Origin: an uncultured Candidatus Saccharibacteria bacterium
GTDB taxonomy: Bacteria > Patescibacteriota > Minisyncoccia > Phycocordibacterales > CAZVEC01
Assembly (NCBI GenBank): GCA_964626035.1
Contig: CAZVEC010000001.1
Coordinates: 1-29,551 of the forward strand
Direction: 5' to 3'
DNA: 29,551 nt
Position numbers and translations under genes: made by a program. This document shows positions 23,896 to 29,551 of this stretch, piece by piece. The notes under the pieces were generated by a model. That model did not search any database and was not told the origin of the DNA. It was given only the letters and a program-made list of their open reading frames with translations. Position 1 is the first letter of the stretch. The number at the start of each line of letters is the position of its first letter.

Positions 23896-23983
23896 TAAAA
23901 GCTCTCATGCTAGAGCTTTTTCATCTAGGAACCTTTCGCCCGAAAGGTTCCTTAAAGAAAAAACACCGCAGTGCGGTGTTTTT
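23896..23983. other. Three tandem hairpins; the last is likely the terminator of 23989..24366
   Basis: AAAAGCTCT/AGAGCTTTT, AGGAACCTTTCG/CGAAAGGTTCCT and AAAAACACCGCA/TGCGGTGTTTTT. Confidence 0.6.
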
Positions 23984-23988
23984 AAAAT

Positions 23989-24366
23989 TCATTTTGCTGG
24001 ATAGACCAGAGTTGTGTATTGTCCGGCTTTGAAATAGATGCAATCTTCTCCGATTTGCCCGGCTATTTCGGCAAGTTTTTCTAAAAGTATCGGTATTCGC
24101 TTTTTGCCGACAAATGAAACTTCATATTGGCGGCATTTGTCGGATACTTTCATCTTCTTTATATTTTCCCAGATGCCGAAATTTGGGATAGTGGAAGATG
24201 TGTACGCTCCAAATTCTTCTATCAGAAATTTATGCAGCGTTTTTTCGACTGCTTGGCCGCGCACTTTCTTTTTCAGTTTTTTAATCGGCAAAAGGAATAT
24301 TGCCGGCCGGCCGAGATTTTGCAACCGATATCCGCGGCCTTCCAATCCTTTCCATTTATTTTTCAT
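23989..24366 (-). CDS. Hypothetical protein
   Basis: Protein-like ORF with ATG, followed by a terminator; overlapping plus-strand ORFs look like shadows. Confidence 0.7.
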   Translation of the reverse strand: MKNKWKGLEGRGYRLQNLGRPAIFLLPIKKLKKKVRGQAVEKTLHKFLIEEFGAYTSSTIPNFGIWENIKKMKVSDKCRQYEVSFVGKKRIPILLEKLAEIAGQIGEDCIYFKAGQYTTLVYPAK

Positions 24367-24475
24367 AATTTTAAGGTTTTTGCTTTCCGTCTGAACTTTA
24401 TCATATACGCAGTAAATAACGCAAATATCCTATCTTTCTGTAAATATGTTAAAATTTACATTATTCATTTAGATT

Positions 24476-25699
24476 ATGGAAAAAATCAATGAAAATAACA
24501 TAGTTCAAGAAAAGTCGCCCGATAAATCATTGCAGGTAGATTTTGATGTTGTGAATAAGGAGACTGAGAGTATTAATAAAGAAATTGCAAAAATGGAAAA
24601 AGTTCCTCTTGTCAGCAAACAGGAGGAAGATGATTTGAAAATGGCTAACCTTAGGAACCTCAGGTATTGGGGTAGTAGATTGCTGCCTGAATTAGATATT
24701 CTGCCTGAGAAAATTAGCCAATCAGTCAAAAAGCTAGCTAGCGGAGGAAAGATAGATCCAGAAGAAAATTCAATTCTTTGGAAATATGTACACAAAAGGA
24801 GCAGTATTTTAAATTTCAACGTTCAAAAAAGGGTGCAAATGGCGGAGCTCAAAAAAAGATTAAAAGAAATTGATGCTGGTAAAGATTATGAGGGAAAAGA
24901 AAAAGAGAATAGAAAAATAATTTTTTATAATAAAGAAAGTAATAAACTTATTGTAAATGGAAATGAAAGAGAGATAGATTTTGGAGATATTGTGGCTGAT
25001 TATGATTGGGGTGTTAAATATCGACCTCATGAATCTGTACCAAAACTTATCTGGCGCCGAATTAGAAAGTTGTCTGATTTTACGGAATCTAAAGATAGTA
25101 TTGGTCAGATTTTTAATGATGAAATATCAAGAATTGAAAAAATTTCCCTGCCAACCACAAGTAAGACTCAAAGTTATTTAGAAAGACATATTAGCGACTG
25201 GGGAATTGAAGGAATTATTGCCGAGCGAATGGCTAAAAATTTTCTAACTAGGATTCAATACAACGATCCAAAGGCTGGATTTAAAGTTGAACCGTCCAAT
25301 GCAATGGAGGATGCAGAACTTAAATATGATTTTAAAGTTTCTTTTCCAAAGAAGCTCCGTGGAGTGGCAATCGAGGGGGAAGAGCTGCCAAGAGAGGAAT
25401 ATGTTAAAAACAAAAAAGAAATAGGAATTCAATTTACTGTTTCTGCTAGGCGGGATAATTTAACCCATAAAGCGCATCAGATTGAGGAAGCAAAAGAAAA
25501 AATTAGTGATGAAAAATATAACCGCTATGTCAAAAAGAAAGTGGATGATATTGTGCTTATATCTTTACCTCTCGGTACTTACAGAACTCATTTTAAAACA
25601 TGGCTAGATGCCGGAAAGCCCGCCGGCGGCCCGGAGCAATATTTAAGCGAGGTAGAGGAAAGGAAAATTTTGGATAAAGTAACCGGAGGAATAAAATAA
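24476..25699 (+). CDS. Hypothetical protein with a possible C-terminal PD-(D/E)XK-like domain
   Basis: 407-aa ORF; IAERMAKNFL...EDAELKYDF...IGIQFT spacing is suggestive only. Confidence 0.75.
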   Translation: MEKINENNIVQEKSPDKSLQVDFDVVNKETESINKEIAKMEKVPLVSKQEEDDLKMANLRNLRYWGSRLLPELDILPEKISQSVKKLASGGKIDPEENSILWKYVHKRSSILNFNVQKRVQMAELKKRLKEIDAGKDYEGKEKENRKIIFYNKESNKLIVNGNEREIDFGDIVADYDWGVKYRPHESVPKLIWRRIRKLSDFTESKDSIGQIFNDEISRIEKISLPTTSKTQSYLERHISDWGIEGIIAERMAKNFLTRIQYNDPKAGFKVEPSNAMEDAELKYDFKVSFPKKLRGVAIEGEELPREEYVKNKKEIGIQFTVSARRDNLTHKAHQIEEAKEKISDEKYNRYVKKKVDDIVLISLPLGTYRTHFKTWLDAGKPAGGPEQYLSEVEERKILDKVTGGIK

Positions 25700-25771
25700 A
25701 TTCCTAATATTTACTATCTACTCTCATACTACAGTGCATGGGAGTGGATTGTTATGATAAAATAAAAAAAT

Positions 25772-26344
25772 ATGGAATCTAAGAAAAAGGAAAAAATACT
25801 TTTGATCGGAGCGGGATTTTGGTGGCTGGGCGAGGGTCTCTTCGGCCCGCTTTTTGCCATCTTTGCCGGGAGAGTGGGCGGAGATATTTTTGAAATCACT
25901 TGGGCTTGGGCGACCTATCTTTTGGTTACGGGAATTTTTGCAATTTTCATGGGTAAACTTGCCGACCGCTTCGGAAAGGAGAGGCTCATGGTTTTGGGCT
26001 ATGCCTTGAACGCGATTTTCACTTGGAGCTATCTTTTGGTTCATTCAGCAACAGGACTTTTTATCGTGCAGGCTGGTCTCGGTCTCTCGCTTGCTCTAGC
26101 CGATCCCACATGGGACGCGCTTTATTCAAAATATGAGGACAAAAAACATGCCGGATATGCTTGGGGAATTTCTCATGGCATAGAGCAGATTATCACAGGC
26201 ATCTCTATTCTAATCGGCGGGCTTATTGTGGCTTCGTACTCATTTACCGCACTTTTTGTGATCATGGGTACAATACAGACTATCGGTACTATCTATCAGG
26301 CGAAAATTCTGAGACACAGGGTTGAAAAAAGTAAGCCGGTATGA
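25772..26344 (+). CDS. Half-size (6-TM) MFS transporter
   Basis: MFS motif A GKLADRFGKE; about six hydrophobic segments in 190 aa; clean ATG and stop. Confidence 0.85.
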   Translation: MESKKKEKILLIGAGFWWLGEGLFGPLFAIFAGRVGGDIFEITWAWATYLLVTGIFAIFMGKLADRFGKERLMVLGYALNAIFTWSYLLVHSATGLFIVQAGLGLSLALADPTWDALYSKYEDKKHAGYAWGISHGIEQIITGISILIGGLIVASYSFTALFVIMGTIQTIGTIYQAKILRHRVEKSKPV

Positions 26345-26410
26345 GCTTGACAAAATCGTTATTAGGTATATACTTAAAGTAATTAATAACTTAATTAATA
26401 CAATAAACAT

Positions 26411-26920
26411 ATGTTAGAAAAACCAATACAAACAATAAGAAAAGCAGTTAATTTACAAGCTGAAGAACTTGCAAAAAAAGAATTTTTACCTACACCTGAA
26501 CCAAGACATTTTAAGGCCGTATTTGATCAAATGAAGGAAATAAGAGAATACAGTCCAAAAATGCTTGAAAAGTTAATAATTGTAGCAGTTCAAATGAAGG
26601 ACATTAAGGAAGAAATAGGTCCAGAATTAGATGCTATTTTTAGCAAAGTTTTTGGAGAATTAAGTGCAGGAATAAATGAAAAATTAGATGTAGGAATGAA
26701 ACAAATAATGGAAACAAAAAACATTACCTCACAAACAGAAGCCTTGCAGGAATTATCTAGTTTGAGCAAGAGAATTATGGAGGATGTCATTAATAATGTT
26801 AAAAATGATGCACGAGTAGTTTCTGCTTTTAAAGGAAAAGAGAAATTACTAGAAAAAGTTAGTAATAATGCCAGAATTGCACAGGCAGATTTAGTGGATA
26901 CTATTGAAGAAGAGGTTTAG
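26411..26920 (+). CDS. Helical hypothetical protein
   Basis: ORF with TTGACA...TATACT promoter upstream (about 26348..26375). Confidence 0.7.
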   Translation: MLEKPIQTIRKAVNLQAEELAKKEFLPTPEPRHFKAVFDQMKEIREYSPKMLEKLIIVAVQMKDIKEEIGPELDAIFSKVFGELSAGINEKLDVGMKQIMETKNITSQTEALQELSSLSKRIMEDVINNVKNDARVVSAFKGKEKLLEKVSNNARIAQADLVDTIEEEV

Positions 26921-26989
26921 TTTATAAATAACAAACAAGAAAGGTTTTTAATAGAATTAATTGATTAACAAATAAACTAAATTTTTAAT

Positions 26990-27805
26990 ATGAAACAAGA
27001 AAAAAGCCTTGAACAGCATGTAAAAGGATTACTAAATAAGCAAAAAGAAGAAGGAGCTGCTGCGTTCCAGAATTTTGTTAATGAACAAAAAAAGAAAAAA
27101 GAACAAATGGGATTTAAAAAAAATCCTAAAATAGAAATTGAAGAAGCTGAAGTTGTTGAGGAAATTCCTCATAGGCTTCCGGCGAAAACTAAAGCGGAAA
27201 AAGTTGAAGCTATTGAAGAGGAAAATAATGAAGAGGCAAAAATGCGAAGGATGCAAAAAGATATCATTCAGAAAATCACTAAAATAAAAATTAGGGAGCT
27301 AATGGCACAGACAGAAGCAGGGCAGATGGAAGAAAAGGGAATGGATAAGTCTGAAGGTTACGAGGTTTTTAGATCCGCTATTAATCGTATAGACACTGAA
27401 AATGTAAAAATTCCAAAAGACCATCCTCTAATACCGATTCTCAAATGGGCTGAGTCTCTACTTGAAGAAAATAAAAAAGGCAAGATAAAGCTAAGCGAAA
27501 CAGTACTCATAAAAAATGGGAAAGAAGAAAAATTGGCCCCTACAATAGAAACGGCCTTGAATAGAATTTTTTACCCAATATATTCAGGTGAAGGAAAAGT
27601 GCCAGAAGGTATGCCAAAAGACGTTAAAGAAATTATTACTCTTATTAAAAGATCATCAGAGGAACATCAGCCACTTTCGGTTTTTCGAACAACCAGCAAG
27701 ATTGGAGGGGCAAGTTTTAATCTTATTTGCAATTTTGGTGATAATTTTAAACATAAGGGTATAAAAGAAGTTCTGAAACAGTTTGAAAATGATATTACGT
27801 CTTAG
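26990..27805 (+). CDS. Lys/Glu-rich hypothetical protein
   Basis: 271-aa ORF; no family recognised. Confidence 0.7.
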   Translation: MKQEKSLEQHVKGLLNKQKEEGAAAFQNFVNEQKKKKEQMGFKKNPKIEIEEAEVVEEIPHRLPAKTKAEKVEAIEEENNEEAKMRRMQKDIIQKITKIKIRELMAQTEAGQMEEKGMDKSEGYEVFRSAINRIDTENVKIPKDHPLIPILKWAESLLEENKKGKIKLSETVLIKNGKEEKLAPTIETALNRIFYPIYSGEGKVPEGMPKDVKEIITLIKRSSEEHQPLSVFRTTSKIGGASFNLICNFGDNFKHKGIKEVLKQFENDITS

Positions 27806-27933
27806 ATTTTATCCATCTAGAATTTCACAGGTTAAACTTGTGGGATTCTATTTAGTAAATTGACTTAGGATTATGATTAATATAGTCTGTAATTGAATTT
27901 ATTTTATTTACAGTTCATTTAAATCATAATCTT

Positions 27934-28437
27934 ATGGAAACTACAGAAACGAAAGTAAAAGGCAGAATTCCCGAACTTCATCCGATGGGCTTTCCAGCCT
28001 GGTGGCATCATCATGGCACTAAAATGCGTGTCGCTTATCCGGCTGGAAATTCTGAAATGTTGATCATTGCCGGCAGTGCGGCAAAGGTGATAATAAACAA
28101 GTCACCTTTTGGAAAGAAAATGTGGCTTATTGAATGGGAAGTTCTCCAAAGCCAAAATGAAAAAGTTAATGGCAGAGTTATTTTTACGAAAGACCATTTG
28201 ACTGATGCTTTTGGTATAACAAAAACCGCTGATCTTTTTGGTTATGGAGCCGATTCATTGATTGAAAGATTTGGTGGCGATTGCGCTTCGCAGGGCAGAT
28301 ATATCCGCTGGAAAAATTTCCTGAATATTCCGTGTCCCGGCACCGGCCATGATGGAGATCCGAATGTTTCCATTAATATCGATGATGAAATCAAAAAAGC
28401 AGTCGAAAAGTTTTTGAAAGAAAACCAAACCGACTGA
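27934..28437 (+). CDS. Hypothetical protein
   Basis: 167-aa ORF followed by a terminator. Confidence 0.7.
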   Translation: METTETKVKGRIPELHPMGFPAWWHHHGTKMRVAYPAGNSEMLIIAGSAAKVIINKSPFGKKMWLIEWEVLQSQNEKVNGRVIFTKDHLTDAFGITKTADLFGYGADSLIERFGGDCASQGRYIRWKNFLNIPCPGTGHDGDPNVSINIDDEIKKAVEKFLKENQTD

Positions 28438-28449
28438 ATTATTTAAACA

Positions 28450-28479
28450 AAAACCCCTCTCTTGATCGAGAGGGGTTTT
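28450..28479 (+). terminator. Intrinsic terminator
   Basis: AAAACCCCTCTC-TTGATC-GAGAGGGGTTTT. Confidence 0.75.
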
Positions 28480-28516
28480 ATGCTAGTATTTGGTTGGAAT
28501 TAAAAAACAAATACTT

Positions 28517-28795
28517 ATGACGAAAAACAGTACAAAACACCCGAGGCATGTTGAAGGCTATAGCGGATCATTGGAAGATCTTGCAAAAGCTATAGGCAAC
28601 ATGGCTTACGATCAAACTTCGGAATTTATCGGCAGATTGGCCGGTGACATAAAAAGCCAGGCCGAAAAAGATTTGGCACGCGGCAGGACGAAGCTTGCTT
28701 CCAAATTAAATGAAGCGGCTTTCAAATTGCAGCAGGCGCAAAACAGCATGCATTCCGCCTGGAAAATCTGCGAACCGTTCATGAAAGAAGAATAA
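28517..28795 (+). CDS. Small helical hypothetical protein
   Basis: ATG 28517 (MTKNSTKH) preferred over TTG 28490; terminator AAAAGACCA/TGGTCTTTT follows. Confidence 0.7.
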   Translation: MTKNSTKHPRHVEGYSGSLEDLAKAIGNMAYDQTSEFIGRLAGDIKSQAEKDLARGRTKLASKLNEAAFKLQQAQNSMHSAWKICEPFMKEE

Positions 28796-28956
28796 ATTAA
28801 AAGACCAACCAGTGTGGTCTTTTTTCCTTAAGGAAAAATCTCATGTGATGAGTTTATGTCGTTTCGCATAGTTTTAGTTTAATAATTTGTAAATGAAAAC
28901 ACCAATTTATCAAATGCGTTATTATGTTATAATGCAAAAATAATATTTATATAATT

Positions 28957-29551
28957 ATGTATTTCAAATCATCTAAAAAAATAAAATCTTACATTGTTTG
29001 CAATGTACCGCATAGCGGAACAAAAATCCCTGCTGATTTTTTGAAGGACTATGTTTTAGCACCGATAGAATTAAAGAAAGAAAATTTAACGATGGCTGAT
29101 TTATATACCGATGAACTTTATAATTCTTTATTGAAGGATTCAAATTATATAATATCGCAGGTAAGCAGAATTGTTGTGGACATAGAACGATTTTATGAGG
29201 AGAAAAAAGAAGCAATGGCGAAAGTTGGAATGTCGGCGCTGTATACCAAAACCGGAGACGGTGACATATTGAGAGTTTTGAATACGAAAGTAAAAAAAGA
29301 ATTATTGGGCAAAATATACAAACCATATCATAAATTATTTGCGGATTTAGTCGGAGAATGTTTAAAAAAACATAAAAAATGTTTAATATTGGACTGCCAT
29401 TCATTCCCTGAAATTCCGAGACCGTACGAGGATGATAAAAAACAAAATAGGCCTGATGTCTGCATAGGGATAGATACTTTCCATACTCCAAGAAAATTAA
29501 GTAAGATTTTAAAAAAGAAATTTGAGCTAATTGGCTATTCTGTCAAATTAA
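28957..29551 (+). CDS. N-formylglutamate amidohydrolase family protein, truncated by the window edge
   Basis: Manual translation from ATG 28957: NVPHSG, ADLYTD, SRIVVDIERF, IYKPYH, LDCHSF, RPDVCIG. Open to the window end. The ORF track shows only its antisense shadow. Confidence 0.92.
   Translation, partial: MYFKSSKKIKSYIVCNVPHSGTKIPADFLKDYVLAPIELKKENLTMADLYTDELYNSLLKDSNYIISQVSRIVVDIERFYEEKKEAMAKVGMSALYTKTGDGDILRVLNTKVKKELLGKIYKPYHKLFADLVGECLKKHKKCLILDCHSFPEIPRPYEDDKKQNRPDVCIGIDTFHTPRKLSKILKKKFELIGYSVKL

Noticed and set aside
23833-23988. Known riboswitch upstream of vanW
   Set aside because: I recognised no conserved aptamer core, and the predicted vanW promoter lies downstream of the hairpins
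28973-29491. 172-aa minus-strand ORF
   Set aside because: Antisense shadow of the plus-strand formylglutamate amidohydrolase
1-29551. Genetic code 25 (TGA = Gly), as in Gracilibacteria/Absconditabacteria
   Set aside because: Conserved genes are uninterrupted under code 11, and TGA ends several ORFs directly before terminators (for example 2873 and 28437)
1-29551. CRISPR array or DGR template/variable repeat
   Set aside because: No regularly spaced direct repeats. The recG duplicate differs at synonymous positions of all bases rather than only at adenines, and there is no reverse transcriptase gene.

Overview
AT-rich bacterial chromosome segment. Gene content and style (Parcubacteria-type recG, His-rich Cys-less cupredoxin, VanW, many orphan proteins, few Shine-Dalgarno sites) point to a Patescibacteria/CPR genome using genetic code 11; this assignment is inference, not a database result. 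Recognisable genes: ftsH, an RluF/RsuA-family pseudouridine synthase, recG, a histidine kinase-response regulator-cupredoxin-DoxX operon, GNAT, C39 peptidase, VanW, a half-size MFS, vapBC, a DUF559 nuclease fusion, a free-standing HTH-LAGLIDADG gene, and a truncated N-formylglutamate amidohydrolase that the ORF track missed. There are three tRNA genes, two with rare anticodons (Ile-UAU and Ser-ACU). Main oddities: (1) all six secreted proteins with a cleavable signal peptide have Gln at +1 (the Bacteroidota Q-rule), and several sit behind a shared TTGAC-N2-GTCAA palindrome in duplicated cassettes; (2) a LAGLIDADG gene lies between divergent tRNA-Ser(GCU) and tRNA-Ser(ACU), the latter followed by an antisense mirror of its own 3' end; (3) a synonymously diverged copy of the recG 3' end brackets a vapBC mini-island; (4) several REP-like palindrome families are present, two apparently inserted in frame in RecG and RluF. 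All calls come from reading motifs by eye; no searches were run.
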